Source: Myxococcota bacterium
Lineage (GTDB): Bacteria; Myxococcota_A; SURF-8
DNA: 64,000 bases
Direction of reading: 5' to 3'
Assembly: GCA_963674735.2 (NCBI GenBank)
Contig: CAXXQS010000002.1
Span: 1,632,001-1,696,000 of the forward strand
The notes below the pieces were generated by a model. It was not told the origin of the DNA. It was given only the letters and a program-made list of their open reading frames with translations, and did no database searches. The translations under genes were made by a program, and so were the position numbers. Shown here piece after piece: positions 18,665 through 30,925 of this stretch (its first letter is position 1; each line of letters starts with the position of its first letter).

Positions 18665-20075
18665 TTCCAAATTTCTCGCCGTCGAAGTCGATCCCACCTG
18701 TGAATAGGAGTTCCTGAAGTTTCACCCTCTCATCAAACTCCAGTGCTTCCCACAACTTACCGGCATTCATGACGATACGCTCAGCGAAGTCCAACGCGGA
18801 GTCGATATCCATGGTTCCGGAGTTCAGGCGGCCAAGTTCCCGCTCCACCTGTTCGATCTCGGCATCCAGTTCGATCTTCTTACTCTGGTAGGAGTCGTGG
18901 TCGATCTCTTCCTCGATGCGCAGATCGACAAGGCGGCTTTTTTTCTTCTTCAACTTTCGTAGATTGGCTTGCAGCCGTTTCTTGTGCTCCGTCCCTTCCG
19001 ACATGCGCTCCCGGTAGACATCCTTTACGATCTCGCGGAAGAGCCTCATATACTCCATCCTGGGCTTGATGCGGTTGATCTGCTCCAGGAACAGTTCTTC
19101 CATATTCTCCTTGCGGATGTTGACGGCCTTGCACTTGGTGTTCCGACAACGGTAGTAGGCATACTTCTTCCCACGGCCCGTACTCCACGACCCCGTGAGC
19201 GGTGTGCCGCATTTGGCGCAGCGTGTGAAGCGCCGGAGAGGGAAATCTTTGTTGTTCCGGTGGTGGGGGACATTCTGGTACGTGCGACCGTCCAGGATGG
19301 CCTGTACTTTCCGAAACAGATCTTCGGGGACGATGGGCTTGAAGTCGCCCTCGGTATCGATCTGGAAGCTCTCCAGGATCACACGACCGGCATATAACGG
19401 ATTGCGGAGCATGCGCCCGAAGGTCTGTGGATTGAGCTTGCCGCCCTTGGGGCTTGTGAAGCCGAGGGCATTGATCTTGTCCACAACCTGCTGCTTGGAA
19501 TACATGCGTTTGGCGAACAACTCAAAGCCTTTGCGGACAAGGTCGGCACACTCTGGATCATGAATAAGGCTCGGTCCCCCCTTCTTCCCATTGATATAGC
19601 CAATGGGAGCCTGATGGACCCATCGGCCATTCATGGCGGCTTCGAGCATGCCGGTTTTGGTCCGGTCGGAACGTAGGTCGTTATCAAGCTGAGCAAAGGT
19701 GGCGGCCATGTTTTCCATAGCCTTCCCCATCGGGCTGTCGTCGATGGGTTCGGTCACGGATCGAAGGGTAATGCCGAAGCTAGCCAGCTTGGCCTTCACT
19801 GCATGATGATCTTTGGCTTGGCGTGCAAAGCGACTCAGTTGGTAGACGACCAGAACACTAATGCGGCCCTTCGCCTTGCCGCAGTAGTCCAGCATGCGAA
19901 GAAGGGAACGACGGTTGGCGGTCTTGGCCGATTCGCCCTCCTCTACGAAGACCTTGTCCACCTCGTACCCGTTGCGCTCGCAATATTCCCGGCATAGGCG
20001 TTCCTGGCTTGTTAGACTGAAGTTGTCCACCTGTTCCTTCGATGACACCCGGCAATAGATAACGGCTCGTTCCAT
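18609..20075 (-). CDS. Large serine recombinase / integrase
   Basis: AVIYCRVSS catalytic Ser, EEGESAKT, LSRFAR, recombinase domain (APIGY...LRNPLYAG), Zn ribbon CAKCG...YYRC and coiled coil. Confidence 0.95.
   Translation of the reverse strand: MERAVIYCRVSSKEQVDNFSLTSQERLCREYCERNGYEVDKVFVEEGESAKTANRRSLLRMLDYCGKAKGRISVLVVYQLSRFARQAKDHHAVKAKLASFGITLRSVTEPIDDSPMGKAMENMAATFAQLDNDLRSDRTKTGMLEAAMNGRWVHQAPIGYINGKKGGPSLIHDPECADLVRKGFELFAKRMYSKQQVVDKINALGFTSPKGGKLNPQTFGRMLRNPLYAGRVILESFQIDTEGDFKPIVPEDLFRKVQAILDGRTYQNVPHHRNNKDFPLRRFTRCAKCGTPLTGSWSTGRGKKYAYYRCRNTKCKAVNIRKENMEELFLEQINRIKPRMEYMRLFREIVKDVYRERMSEGTEHKKRLQANLRKLKKKKSRLVDLRIEEEIDHDSYQSKKIELDAEIEQVERELGRLNSGTMDIDSALDFAERIVMNAGKLWEALEFDERVKLQELLFTGGIDFDGEKFGTIKNKQHFQYVNRKCCLL
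18619..18660 (+). terminator. Rho-independent terminator-like hairpin after the tRNA operon, inside the att repeat
   Basis: CAGCATTTTC...GAAAATGCTG 10-bp stem followed by TTTGTTTTTT. Confidence 0.7.
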
Positions 20076-20078
20076 GGG

Positions 20079-20399
20079 TCAGTTCCTCTGGCTCTCAATG
20101 TACTCGGTTATGGCCACCCGCTCCGCTTTTTCACGGCACATCCCCTTATCTTGTACCAGAGCGGCGGCGCGTTTTTCCACTTCCTCTTGCTCCTCCGGCG
20201 GCAGGCGTTTAAGAAACTCCTCAAATTCCTCGGATGCAACACCGACATCTACAGCATGATGCTGTTCGGTGTAAGCCGACACCACCACATGCGCCAGTTG
20301 ATACAGCGACTCCCGGATCTCGGTTAACTCTTCGTCCGAGACCGCCGCATCCGCTCCGAGGAGCTTTCTGCAACGATCAAGGCTAATAAGCATGACCAT
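20079..20399 (-). CDS. Small hypothetical protein directly upstream of the integrase
   Basis: 106-aa helical ORF abutting both the HTH gene and the integrase gene. Confidence 0.6.
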   Translation of the reverse strand: MVMLISLDRCRKLLGADAAVSDEELTEIRESLYQLAHVVVSAYTEQHHAVDVGVASEEFEEFLKRLPPEEQEEVEKRAAALVQDKGMCREKAERVAITEYIESQRN

Positions 20400-20624
20400 T
20401 TATTCATGCGCGCCTTGACCACGTAACCATTCCACCACATTGTCTCGGTAGAAGAGTATTCGACGACCAGCCCGGAAGTGGGGGATTTTTCCAGCAACAA
20501 CCATCGAGTACAACGTACGGGCATGAATGCCGAGATAATCAGCAAGCTGCTTCACAGACGAAACCTCGGGAAGTTGAGTGCTAGACTGGTTGTTCTGTTT
20601 GCTTTGTTTGGTGCTCATTTGCAT
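20400..20624 (-). CDS. Excisionase-like helix-turn-helix DNA-binding protein (HTH_17 type)
   Basis: SVKQLADYLGIHARTLYSMVVAGKIPHFRAGRRILFYRDNVVEWL. Confidence 0.88.
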   Translation of the reverse strand: MQMSTKQSKQNNQSSTQLPEVSSVKQLADYLGIHARTLYSMVVAGKIPHFRAGRRILFYRDNVVEWLRGQGAHE

Positions 20625-20987
20625 GTCCTTCCTGGAACACCAATCCCCATCCCTTACCCCGGGTCGGGTGGCGTCCCATTCTGAACATGCTGAACATGCA
20701 GGTCATGGTCCCGAATTACATCCCCCAAGCTGAAAACAAACTACCAAGATTACACTAAATTGTCAAGCTATCGATTCTATACAATATAGTCCCCAGCGGT
20801 TCTAAGCACCTTCCTCCGATGTTTTTTTTTCGGAGCAACACGAATTTTCAGTGAAATCGGGCATAAGGTCGATAGCGAACGAGCATTTACGACCTAAAAA
20901 AGAGACTCGAAAGTCTCTTCGCCGCGATGGAGACAGGGGCGGCTGAGGAATGGAGGCAGGAACGGTGGCGGGAGATTGGTGGGGTTA

Positions 20988-21185
20988 TCACTTGAACCGT
21001 TGCAAGATCGACTTGACCAACACGCGGGCGGCGGTCGCGCAAACTTCAACCATCAGGCGCTCTAACAATTGCACATCGGGGTCCTCTCCTTGAAAATTGA
21101 GTTCCGCGTCTGGCTCATAGTAAGGGTTCGACTCGAACTCACCATCGGAAGCAGGCGCTGGAGCTTTTGCGGTCAGGCGATCCAT
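20988..21185 (-). CDS. Small hypothetical protein
   Basis: 65-aa ORF starting 2 nt after the stop of the upstream gene. Confidence 0.4.
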   Translation of the reverse strand: MDRLTAKAPAPASDGEFESNPYYEPDAELNFQGEDPDVQLLERLMVEVCATAARVLVKSILQRFK

Positions 21186-21187
21186 GC

Positions 21188-21844
21188 CTATGCCTTTACT
21201 GGGACCGGCAACTCCGCTGCTTCAGCCAGATCGAGGCCCAGATCCAGCAGACGGCGGCTGGTCTTACTGACGGAGCAACCGACCGCCCCGGCGGTTTCGG
21301 CGAGCGAATGACCGACCTGGCGCATGGCCAGCATCGTTTGATCGTTTTCGGCCTGTTCATCCATCCACCGGCCCAGGTCGAGGCCGGATACCAGGTGAGC
21401 TTCCACATTGCGCGTTGCTTCAAAACTGATCGTGTCGAGGTAGTTCTGGATGCCGTGTTCATTGCCGGTCTTATGCAGCCCCTCTTCGTCGTCACCGATG
21501 CCATCCAAACGCAGAATCTCTGTTTCGCCGAGGAAGTAACACAGCTCGTTCATAACATCTCTGCGACGACCGGTGCCACCCACCCAGCGATGCGTATAGT
21601 CGATGGCGCCCATCTTTGCCGCGTGGACCAGCAGGGCGTCGTCCACGATCTCGTCCTGTTCAGCCTTGCGGCGGTAGAAGTCCCAGGCTACGGCCACGCC
21701 TTCACCAAACCGATCGTCGGGATCGGGATGGTTCGTTACGTGGCGCTGGATGGGATGAAACATGCCCGCGTTGAATTTCGCGGTGAATGCCTCGTTTACT
21801 GCGCTTGGGGTTTGAAATGGTGAGTCCGTTCTTGCAAGTTCCAT
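21188..21844 (-). CDS. Hypothetical protein with C-terminal sigma70 region-4-like HTH
   Basis: AGGAGG RBS before MELART. C-terminal DQTMLAMRQVGHSLAETAGAVGCSVSKTSRRL resembles a sigma-r4 HTH. Confidence 0.6.
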   Translation of the reverse strand: MELARTDSPFQTPSAVNEAFTAKFNAGMFHPIQRHVTNHPDPDDRFGEGVAVAWDFYRRKAEQDEIVDDALLVHAAKMGAIDYTHRWVGGTGRRRDVMNELCYFLGETEILRLDGIGDDEEGLHKTGNEHGIQNYLDTISFEATRNVEAHLVSGLDLGRWMDEQAENDQTMLAMRQVGHSLAETAGAVGCSVSKTSRRLLDLGLDLAEAAELPVPVKA

Positions 21845-22037
21845 CGTTTGCCTCCTGCCATGTTCAACGCACACGGAGGCCTTGCCCTGGCCCACGCGCG
21901 ACGTCGCCGCCTCTCGCGTGGGCGGTGGGGATGAATTTGCCTTCACAAAAAGAAATGGACATCAACTTACATCGATGCCCACATCTTTCTTATGACCGAT
22001 AATTGCTTAAAATTACTAACAGTTGTACTTAGGGCTT

Positions 22038-25000
22038 TCACCCATCCAGCACCTTCCGTACCATCTTGGCCAGATCTTGTGGCGTATAAGGTTTGCCGAT
22101 GAAGCTTAGACCTTCGTCCAACACACCATGATGGGCGATAACGTCCTCTGTATATCCGGATGTGTAAAGAACCTTCAGGTTCGGTATGATCGACTGGAGT
22201 TCTTCGGCCAATTCACGCCCGTTCATGCCGGGCATGACGATGTCGGTTACGAGCAGGTCTATTTCCAGATTCTCCTTCTTGACCTTGCTCAAAGCCATCG
22301 GACCGGAATCCGAACTATGGACTTTATAGCCTTGCCTTACAAGAATCTTGGTGGCGATGTTGCGCACCATACGCTCGTCTTCCACCAGAAGGACAGTTTC
22401 GCTCCCACTTGGAAGATCATCCATCTTGGTTTTTCTGGTAAGTGTTTCAGCTTTTTCCATGACAGCCGGGAAGGAAATGCGAAATATTGTCCCCTGGCCC
22501 GGTTCGGAATGGACTTCGATATGACCATCATGCTGCTTGACAATCCCGTAAACCATCGCCAGTCCCAAGCCGGTACCTTCGCCTTCTTTCTTTGTCGTGA
22601 AGAATGGATCGAATACCTTCTGCCGGGTGTCCTCATCCATACCCGCTCCATTGTCGGAGACGGTTAAAACAACATACTGGCCATGGGCAATCTTGGAGCA
22701 TGTTTCGCAACGCACATCCTCGAATGAAACATTGGCTGTCTCGATGGTCAGCTTGCCACCATTCGGCATAGCATCTCGCGCATTGACGGCCAGGTTTACC
22801 AAGATCTGTTCAAGTTGACCGGGATCGGCTTTGATGCGTCCCAGATCCCTTGTCGGAATGGTCATAAGTTCCAGATCTTCACCAATCAAGCGCCTTAACA
22901 TCTTGTGCATGTTGTCGATCAACTGATTCAGGTCGAGGACCTTCGGCTTGATGATTTGCTTGCGGCTAAATGCCAGAAGCTGGCGTGTCAGGCTTGCCGC
23001 GCTGTCCGCAGCTTGACCAATTTCCCCTAGTGATTCCAGCAGTGGGTCACCTGGAGAAAGATCCATCATGGCAAGGGACACATTACCTGTAATCCCGGTG
23101 AGCAGATTATTGAAATCATGAGCGACACCTCCGGCTAGACGGCCGACAGATTCCATTTTCTGGGATTGCTGAAGTTGCTCCTGTAGCCTTGCTTTCTCTT
23201 CCTCCGCTGCTTTCCGTTCCGTTATATCATCAATAATCCAGACAGCCCCAAGACTAAGGTCCGGCGGGGCAATGGCGCGACCATTGAACTGACACCATAC
23301 GGTGTGACCGTCCTTATGACGCAATGGATACTCCAATTGAACGATGTTGGTTTCACCGAGTCGCCAATAGTACTTCTCCCCGAATTCTTCAAAGTGCTTT
23401 TTAGAAAGATGGAGTTGTTCCGGTCCTTTGCCCTCCATTTCCTCCACCGAAAATCCCAGCATCTCCGCCATACGTGAATTGACTTTCGTGATGATCCTGT
23501 TGTGCAGCACCATGATGCCCACCATGCTGCTTTCCAGGATGGCGCTTTGCTCTTCGAGGTTGGATTTGAGTGATTGCTCGGCGAGTTTCAATTCAGAGAT
23601 GTCGGTATGCGTGCCAACCATTCGAATGGGTTTATCTTCCTTATCTCGTTCGACGACTTTTCCGCGACCGAGAATCCATTTCCATTCCCCGTTCTTCGTC
23701 TTCAGGCGAAACTCAACACCAAACGACTCTCTCTGGCTCTCAATATGCTGCTGGACGACCGATTGAGCATTATCTGCATCATCCGGGTTCAACAGGCTTT
23801 GCCATGTATCGAACGTCGACGGCAATTCTCCGGGTTCGTAACCCAACATCGTGAAATAGCGCGGACTGAAGTATACTTCCCCTGTCACAATATTCCAGTC
23901 CCACAGCCCATCAGCAGTGGCTGTGAGGGCGTATGACAATCTTTCCTCGCTGGCTCTAAGCGCCTCTTCAGCCCGCCTGCTCTCGGTAATATCCCTGAAT
24001 TCGACAGTCCTGACCTGTTTTCCTTTATATGGGATATTTCTGGCTTCAAGTCTTAAAGGATACTCTTCTCCATTCTTCCGCAAGCCGATAGCCTCATAAG
24101 GTTTTTCATACCCGGTCATGATTTTTTCCATGACCAATTCCCGTTTCGATTCGGCAATAAGCAACAGGCCATCCATGCCGATCAATTCATCCAGGGAGTA
24201 TCCGGTCATCTCGGACATGCCCTGATTGCACTCAAGAATTCTTCCCTTGTCGTGAATGGCAATACCACCGAATGAAGCATTGTGGAGGGATCGAAAACGC
24301 TCTTCGCTCTCTTGTAGAGCATTTTCCGCCTCTTTACGATCCGTGATCTCGCGATTTACCCCAATGATACCGATTGCCTCCCCTTGATCATCGCGCAGGA
24401 AAGAAACCGTTGACTCTACCGGATAGGTGGTGCCATCGGAACGATACATGTCAAGTTCGATGGTTATGGCGGTTGATGGATCAAGCTCCCCCGCCCGTTC
24501 TGATTGTAAATACTGCTGAAGTCTGTCCAATGAAAGCGCGACGGATTCCGGCGTCATGCTTTCCTGCAATGGCTGGTTCAGTTTTTCTTCTACGGAAAAC
24601 CCGCTTTGCTTCTTGATGGAAGGGCTGATGTAAGTGAGATTCAGGTCCAAATCACGAATCCATATGACATCGGAGATGTTGTCGGCCAGCAAACGATATT
24701 TCTTTTCACTTTCCACTATCGCTTTTTGACTGAGTTTCTGATCCGTGATGTCGAAGTTGACACCGATCATGCGAACGGACTGACCTTTCTCCTCTTTGAC
24801 AACCGCTGCATAGGCTTTTATATATTTTACCGTCTCATCAGGCCAGACTACCCGGAATTCAGATTCGAAATTTTCACCCGTTCGAATGGAGTCTTCCACC
24901 TCTCGACTTGCCCGCTCCACATCATCAGGATGAACTCCTTGTAGCCATGTTTCGTAGGCACCGCCAAAACCACTAGGACGGAGACCGTACAACTCGAACA

Positions 25001-28000
25001 TACGCTCGTCCCATTCGAGGTGGTTTTCAATCAAATCAAGATCCCAAATACCGAGTTTTGCCGATTCTTTCGCTAATGTAATTCTTTGATACGCCACTTT
25101 CAGTTTCTGTTCGAATCGGCGACGCTCCGTCATATCTCGCGCAATGCCGATTACCCGCTCGCCTTCATGTGTGTCAAGCACGGAGATGGTGATCTCCACC
25201 GGGTATGTCGTACCATCTTTACGCTTATGATTTGAGTCGTGGCTCATTCTACGGGTTTCAAACAACTCTCGGAAGATGGCATCAAGCGCGTCTTTCGACA
25301 CCGTCTCGGCATCGATATCCGTAATGTTCATGGAGAGCAATTCATCCCGGCTGTAGCCGCTGTCTCGACTGGCTTGAGCATTGACCTGGATGATAGCTCC
25401 CGTTTTATCACTGATGTAGATGGCGTCTGCAGCATTGTCGAGAAAAGCCTGAAGGCGCTCGTTGGTCTCTTTCAGTTCAAGGTCTTTACGTTTTCTTTCG
25501 GTAATATCTCTGGCAAAAACCGTGAACTTCTGCTGGTCTGGAAGATACGTAGTGGAGATTTCAACATCAATGATTCGACCATCTTTCCGCCTGTGACGCG
25601 CTTCGAACCGGGACGACCCGGTTTTCTTGATCTCTTCGGCATGTCGCGCTGTATCTTCGGGATCTTCATCGACATCAATATCCGTGATGGTCATTTCCAA
25701 CACTTCATCTATGGAGTAGCCGAGCATATCAGCGAAGGCCTGATTGACTTCAAGGCAATGACCTTCCGCATCCATCAGCCAGAAACCGTCCATGGTCGTT
25801 TGGATTACGGATTGCGCCTGCTGATACAGCACCTCGTATTCCTCAGCAAGTTCCCGATGCCTGATATTACTTTCCTTTAGCTTTTTCTCTGCATGCTTGC
25901 GTTCTGAAATATCCCGACCGATACTGAGAAAGCAGGATTGACCATCCCACATGATTGGCTTGACTGAAGTCTCTATAGGTAAAACGGAGCCGTCTTTTCG
26001 AAAGTGTCCCACCTCAAAAGTGGATTCACCCGTTTCCATGATCTCCCGGATTCGCGCATCAATTTTTTCCTCACTCTCCGGTACATCCAACTCGTGTAAA
26101 TTGATGGAAAAGAACTCTTCTGGCGCATAGCCGTGAAGCTCGAATGTCTTCCGGTTGGCGTAAACAAAGTTCCCTTCAGAATCATGTACCGTGATGGTAT
26201 TCGGCGCTGAATCTACCATTTCCGCCAGAACCCGATTGCGTTCCTCGGCCTCTATATGCTCGGTAATGTCCTGATGGTTCCCTATCATGCGCACGGCCTC
26301 GCCTTCCGGAGTGCGTTCAACAACGCGAGCGCTGGCCCGTATCCGACGATACTCGCCGCTCTTTGTCCGCAGGCGGAATTCGTTTTCGTAGGTATCGGAT
26401 TTTGTTTCCAGGTATTCGGAAGCCGCTGAAAGGGCGCGATCCAGATCGTCTGGGTGGATCAGCGCTTTCCAGTTTTCAAAATCGGCAGGAAACTCATCCG
26501 GTTCGTAACCGAGCATCGTGTAATATTTGGGACTGAAGGAGAGTTCGTTGGTGATGAAATTCCACTTCCATATACCGTCAGTTGTCGCGTCAACGGTAAG
26601 TTCGAGTTCTCTTTGATATTCCTGAATGCGCTTTTCAGCCCCTATCCGTTCGGAAATATCTTGTACCGTTGCAAGTATCCGGGTTGGCTGACCCTCTTCT
26701 CGTGCAATCGTCCCTTCTACATGCACGTGGATAACCACACCATCTTTCCGAACAATCCGATATTCATTGGGAGTGAGCCTGTTTTTGCCGGAAGCAACAT
26801 TTTCTTCAAGCCAGACCTGAATACGCTCCAGGTCGTCAGGATGATGAACCTCGGCATTCACTTTCGCATAGTCGAGTATTTCACCTTCGCTATATCCCAT
26901 CAGAGTTTGCATTCCAGGAGACCAGGAAACCTTTCCGGTTTCCACCTCCCACATGACATCACCCATTCTGGCGATGTATTGAGAAGCTATCAGCCGTTTT
27001 TCGCTTTCTTGAAGTGCTTCCTCGGCCAGTCTCTGCTCGCTAGTGTCCTCGTACACCGCCACGATCTGTCCGTTGGGAAGTCGATATACCGTATTCTCGA
27101 CCCACTCACGGATGCGATTGTCTTTGTAAGTTCTTAGCGGCAGATGCAGGGTTTTACCGGTGCGATAAACCTCCTGGAATATCTCGAATAAGCCGATATC
27201 CTTGATTCCAGGAAAAACCTCCGTGACCCTTTTGCCGATAATCTCATCCCGGGCAACCTTGCTGTGCTTCTCTCCCGCCGGATTGATATCAACAAAGACA
27301 AAATCTTTGCCATCATCAATCGGCTGGTAAACGGCAACGCAGCTTGCAATCGTATTGAATAAGCCATGGAAGCTACTTTCTCGTTCCGCAAGATTTTGCT
27401 CTGCTTTTCTTTGGTCTGTTGTGTCTTGCCCGTTTACGTTGACATAGATAACCTTACCGTTCTCATCGAAAATCGGCTTGTAAATTCGTGGTCCAAATTT
27501 TCGATTTCCATTGAAATCGAAAAAATAAACCTCATCGGTTACGATTTCTCCCTTTAAGGCACGCTCAAGTGATTTTCTGGAAGTCTCCTCTGCCCCTGAA
27601 TCGAAATCCCACCAGGGAGCCAGAGCAAATTCTTTGCCGATTACCTTAAATCGAGGCGTTTGTGTGACTTCAAAACACAGCTCATTGGCATCAGCGACCA
27701 TACCATTCGGGTCGATAAGCATGTTGAATTGGAAAGATTGATCGAAGGCCAATTTAAATCGCAGATCCTTTTCGCGTACTTTAAGCTCTGCTTCTTTGCG
27801 TTCCGTAATATCAACATTAGCGCCTAAATATCCGGTGATTTCCCCATTTTCATCAGTAAGGGCCACCGCCGATCCTAAAACCCAAGAAACTTTTCCTTCC
27901 GGGGTGCAAAAGCGATACTCCATATTCCAGGGTTTGTGCTGATTCGCGTGCTCATTCCAGAGCTTGAAGATTCTTTCCTTATCTTCAGAATATAAACCAT

Positions 28001-29474
28001 CCTGCCATCCGTCTCCCAAGGATTCTTCTAACGACAGACCGGCCAAGTCCCTCCATTTCTTGTTGACATAGAGACAGCGACCAGTCCGGTCTGTTTCGTA
28101 AATGGCAATGGGCGAGGATTCGGCCAGCGTCGAAAAACGCTTCTCACTTTTTCTTATAGCTTCTTCAGCGTGCTTTTTCTCGGTGATATCGTGAAGCGTT
28201 ACAAACACTTGGTAAGGCGAGTCCTCCCCTTGCCTGAACATCGGTATGGCGTTGATGATCGTCCAAACGAAATCCTGTTTTAACGGGTTGAATACAGCCA
28301 AAACCTCATTTTCTACCGATTTACCTGTCTGCAAAGCGATCACGGATGGATGTAGATCCCCAGGTACTTCGTCACCATTTTCATTCACGACTCGCCAATC
28401 TGGATGCATGGACGTGCGGCCCATAAACTGGTCGCGCGTCAGTCCCCACATGTCAAGCAAGGCCGAATTGCAGTCCGCAAGGGAGCCATCTGCAAGCTGA
28501 TAAAAAGCCCCCTGGGTCATGTTTTCAAACAACGAACGATACTTGGCTTCATTTTCCGCAAAGTCTGCTTCGGCTTTTTTTCGAGCTGAAATATCGTGTG
28601 AAATAATTTGAACGCCGGCAATTTCTGCATCAGATCGAGATATCTTCGTGTAGATGCTCAGGAACCATAGCTTCCCAATTGGTAGGTCGACGCAATCCTC
28701 ATATTCTTCCGGGCCATCAGCTTTGATTGCGGAGTTGATTCGTTTCATGTATTCAGTGCCAGCTTCTGCTGGGAAGAGATCGTTAATCGATTTGCCAATG
28801 AAATCTTGTGGCGCTCCACCCATTCGCTCTGCTGCTACTTTATTGAATGAGAGAACTGTTCCAGCAGGTGAAAAATAGCCGATGCCTATCCCCGCAGTAT
28901 CATAAAGGAGGCGAAATTTCTCTTCGCTTTCCCGTGTATTGTTTTCTGTTTGTTTTCTTTCTGTAATATCGATATGGGAGCCTCGCATGTAGCTTGGCTT
29001 TTGGTTTTTGTCGGCAAAAACGGATGCTTGAGCCAGAATCCAGCGGTAGGAACCATCCTTGTGACGGAATCTGAATTCGACCTGATAATCTTGCAGTAAC
29101 TTATCAATACAATCCTGGACTTGCTCCATGAGTAGCCCAATGTCATCCGGATGAACACGGCTCTCAAATTCTTTGAATTCATTTCCTAATTCGTCCGGCT
29201 CATAGCCAATTTGACGCTTCCATTCATCAGAGAAATCGACCTTGTTTGTCTTCAGGTTCCAGTCCCATAAACCGACCTTTCCTGCTTTTGCTGCCTGAGT
29301 TTCTCGCCAATGAGCTTCCCGCTCAATCTCTTCGATCCTTTGGCGAGCGGATTCAAGCTCCTCAATCAGCTGGGCTTTGGTTTTCTGTTGATCTGACACA
29401 ATGGCCCCCATTGCTTGATGCCATACTTCCCTGAAAATACAGCGAAAATACTTTTCCCTACTGCGATCAAACAT
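22038..29474 (-). CDS. Cytoplasmic hybrid sensor histidine kinase/response regulator with 16 tandem PAS domains
   Basis: 16 PAS/PAC units ending in DITERK-like motifs, then H-box [14 protein letters not shown]-box [11 protein letters not shown]-boxes (DNGAGM, FFTTK, GTGLGL) and a REC domain ([16 protein letters not shown]). The true start may be about 29411 or slightly downstream. Confidence 0.95.
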   Translation of the reverse strand: MFDRSREKYFRCIFREVWHQAMGAIVSDQQKTKAQLIEELESARQRIEEIEREAHWRETQAAKAGKVGLWDWNLKTNKVDFSDEWKRQIGYEPDELGNEFKEFESRVHPDDIGLLMEQVQDCIDKLLQDYQVEFRFRHKDGSYRWILAQASVFADKNQKPSYMRGSHIDITERKQTENNTRESEEKFRLLYDTAGIGIGYFSPAGTVLSFNKVAAERMGGAPQDFIGKSINDLFPAEAGTEYMKRINSAIKADGPEEYEDCVDLPIGKLWFLSIYTKISRSDAEIAGVQIISHDISARKKAEADFAENEAKYRSLFENMTQGAFYQLADGSLADCNSALLDMWGLTRDQFMGRTSMHPDWRVVNENGDEVPGDLHPSVIALQTGKSVENEVLAVFNPLKQDFVWTIINAIPMFRQGEDSPYQVFVTLHDITEKKHAEEAIRKSEKRFSTLAESSPIAIYETDRTGRCLYVNKKWRDLAGLSLEESLGDGWQDGLYSEDKERIFKLWNEHANQHKPWNMEYRFCTPEGKVSWVLGSAVALTDENGEITGYLGANVDITERKEAELKVREKDLRFKLAFDQSFQFNMLIDPNGMVADANELCFEVTQTPRFKVIGKEFALAPWWDFDSGAEETSRKSLERALKGEIVTDEVYFFDFNGNRKFGPRIYKPIFDENGKVIYVNVNGQDTTDQRKAEQNLAERESSFHGLFNTIASCVAVYQPIDDGKDFVFVDINPAGEKHSKVARDEIIGKRVTEVFPGIKDIGLFEIFQEVYRTGKTLHLPLRTYKDNRIREWVENTVYRLPNGQIVAVYEDTSEQRLAEEALQESEKRLIASQYIARMGDVMWEVETGKVSWSPGMQTLMGYSEGEILDYAKVNAEVHHPDDLERIQVWLEENVASGKNRLTPNEYRIVRKDGVVIHVHVEGTIAREEGQPTRILATVQDISERIGAEKRIQEYQRELELTVDATTDGIWKWNFITNELSFSPKYYTMLGYEPDEFPADFENWKALIHPDDLDRALSAASEYLETKSDTYENEFRLRTKSGEYRRIRASARVVERTPEGEAVRMIGNHQDITEHIEAEERNRVLAEMVDSAPNTITVHDSEGNFVYANRKTFELHGYAPEEFFSINLHELDVPESEEKIDARIREIMETGESTFEVGHFRKDGSVLPIETSVKPIMWDGQSCFLSIGRDISERKHAEKKLKESNIRHRELAEEYEVLYQQAQSVIQTTMDGFWLMDAEGHCLEVNQAFADMLGYSIDEVLEMTITDIDVDEDPEDTARHAEEIKKTGSSRFEARHRRKDGRIIDVEISTTYLPDQQKFTVFARDITERKRKDLELKETNERLQAFLDNAADAIYISDKTGAIIQVNAQASRDSGYSRDELLSMNITDIDAETVSKDALDAIFRELFETRRMSHDSNHKRKDGTTYPVEITISVLDTHEGERVIGIARDMTERRRFEQKLKVAYQRITLAKESAKLGIWDLDLIENHLEWDERMFELYGLRPSGFGGAYETWLQGVHPDDVERASREVEDSIRTGENFESEFRVVWPDETVKYIKAYAAVVKEEKGQSVRMIGVNFDITDQKLSQKAIVESEKKYRLLADNISDVIWIRDLDLNLTYISPSIKKQSGFSVEEKLNQPLQESMTPESVALSLDRLQQYLQSERAGELDPSTAITIELDMYRSDGTTYPVESTVSFLRDDQGEAIGIIGVNREITDRKEAENALQESEERFRSLHNASFGGIAIHDKGRILECNQGMSEMTGYSLDELIGMDGLLLIAESKRELVMEKIMTGYEKPYEAIGLRKNGEEYPLRLEARNIPYKGKQVRTVEFRDITESRRAEEALRASEERLSYALTATADGLWDWNIVTGEVYFSPRYFTMLGYEPGELPSTFDTWQSLLNPDDADNAQSVVQQHIESQRESFGVEFRLKTKNGEWKWILGRGKVVERDKEDKPIRMVGTHTDISELKLAEQSLKSNLEEQSAILESSMVGIMVLHNRIITKVNSRMAEMLGFSVEEMEGKGPEQLHLSKKHFEEFGEKYYWRLGETNIVQLEYPLRHKDGHTVWCQFNGRAIAPPDLSLGAVWIIDDITERKAAEEEKARLQEQLQQSQKMESVGRLAGGVAHDFNNLLTGITGNVSLAMMDLSPGDPLLESLGEIGQAADSAASLTRQLLAFSRKQIIKPKVLDLNQLIDNMHKMLRRLIGEDLELMTIPTRDLGRIKADPGQLEQILVNLAVNARDAMPNGGKLTIETANVSFEDVRCETCSKIAHGQYVVLTVSDNGAGMDEDTRQKVFDPFFTTKKEGEGTGLGLAMVYGIVKQHDGHIEVHSEPGQGTIFRISFPAVMEKAETLTRKTKMDDLPSGSETVLLVEDERMVRNIATKILVRQGYKVHSSDSGPMALSKVKKENLEIDLLVTDIVMPGMNGRELAEELQSIIPNLKVLYTSGYTEDVIAHHGVLDEGLSFIGKPYTPQDLAKMVRKVLDG

Positions 29475-29933
29475 TTTACAACGACGTTAGATAAAAGGAC
29501 AAGTAAAAGTAGGAAAACAGGGCATTAATCGGCTGCTTGTCCGGATTCGGCGTAGCGCAAAAACCGTGCCGTTGGGTAACCTTACGGGCGCTTGGAGTTA
29601 CCCCCGAAATGGCCCAAAAATGTGCCCAGTTGAAAGCCGATATAGCTTCAAAACTGCACAAACTGGGGGGTGTTGCACAATGCTCCCGCCCGCTCGCCAT
29701 CACCTCGATCTCGCCCGCAAGCTGGCGATAATTTCCCCCAAAAAAATCCTCGCATGCTCACGAACCAGGTGGATCAATATTTTTCCGCCTCTTTGAGGGC
29801 TTACACTGAGTGTAACCACCAGGGTCCCCTTTCCAACGCCATAGCCCTTCAGGCGGGCGAGGGCTTGCACACTTCTTGGGGGTAGACCACGCTTCCCAAG
29901 CAACCACCTCGCGCCAGGCTGTATTCTTTTTCG

Positions 29934-30032
29934 AGGGGGAGGCGTCTGCCTCCCCCTACGATACCCCCTCCGATCGGGGGACACCCCCGAACCCCCGGCG
30001 CCTTCGCTTTGTCTAACGCCACGCGAAGGCGC
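29934..30032. other. Hairpin cluster, candidate rolling-circle double-strand origin
   Basis: Perfect 10-bp stems at 29934-29957 (AGGGGGAGGC/GCCTCCCCCT) and 29998-30032 (GCGCCTTCGC/GCGAAGGCGC, 15-nt loop), immediately 3' of rep. Confidence 0.45.
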
Positions 30033-30067
30033 GCAAGAATCAAGAAAAAAAACCAAGCTGCCATCTT

Positions 30068-30925
30068 TCAATCCTCCTCAACCTCCGGACTCCACGCACT
30101 GCCCCACATCAGGAGCAGATTGCGATGCTGGAGGCCTTGATGGAGCTGCAACAGGTGTTCTAATGATGCCTGAGAAGGCTCCTCAGAAGGCTGTGGGCAC
30201 CTCGTAACGGCTTTCATGGCATACTTTGCAAACCCCTCTGCATTCCAAGGCTGTAAATAGCGATCTCGATGCGGAACAAACCATGCACGCGATCCGAGAA
30301 GGCCGTGCCACTGGTCATCGACCCAGAGTGGATCAAACTCATCCGTCACATCCAGAACGACATGCGAATGAACATTCCAGGCCCGTCTATCACGAGTAAG
30401 CGGCACCTCGATTGCACTGATACCACCTTGCACCATCTCCATGAAGCGCTTACGGCGCCTGAGCGTCTTCTGGGCGGTGCGGAAATCATCAAGCGTTTCC
30501 CGCAGATCCCAACGGCATTTCGACCTGAGCTCAAAAATGAAAATCTGAGGCCGTTTCATTCGTTTCAAAGCTCGGAGCACCTTCTGCGCGTTCTCCTGCG
30601 CCACACGCTCAGCACAAATTGGACAGAGGCGGCGGTTGCATTGTGTTCGTTGCGGGATGCCATTGTAGAGCTGGATGGTCCCGCACCGGCGGACCTGTGA
30701 GGCGTATGACAGCAGACCAATTTGCTCCAATTCCTGCGCCCGAATCTCCTGAACGGCATCCACATCATCACCTACAAACTCAGTGGAATAGTCTGCTCTG
30801 TACACATCTTTATTATTCCCCGTCGATCTAAAATTCGCTCCGCACAAATTTCGAGCGGCATCCATCGCTCTGGTTGCTTTCTGGTTTTGGATATCCATCT
30901 CGCGCTCCTTTTTCGGAGCGGTCAT
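30068..30925 (-). CDS. Rolling-circle replication initiator (HUH endonuclease, Rep_1/pC194-like)
   Basis: N-terminal Cys cluster (RRCGT...CNRRLCPIC), GGISAIEV, HUH-like motif WNVHSHVVL and catalytic Tyr motif AKYAMK. Confidence 0.8.
   Translation of the reverse strand: MTAPKKEREMDIQNQKATRAMDAARNLCGANFRSTGNNKDVYRADYSTEFVGDDVDAVQEIRAQELEQIGLLSYASQVRRCGTIQLYNGIPQRTQCNRRLCPICAERVAQENAQKVLRALKRMKRPQIFIFELRSKCRWDLRETLDDFRTAQKTLRRRKRFMEMVQGGISAIEVPLTRDRRAWNVHSHVVLDVTDEFDPLWVDDQWHGLLGSRAWFVPHRDRYLQPWNAEGFAKYAMKAVTRCPQPSEEPSQASLEHLLQLHQGLQHRNLLLMWGSAWSPEVEED

Noticed and set aside
18650-18665. Programmed -1 frameshift at A-AAA-AAC in the integrase
   Set aside because: The -1 frame reaches a stop within about 10 codons (KQTAFSVC*). 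Only the +1 frame gives the extended tail.
29476-30071. Short ORFs between the kinase and rep (e.g. 29700-30071)
   Set aside because: Low-complexity G/R-rich translations of a hairpin-rich region. Better explained as non-coding origin or promoter DNA.
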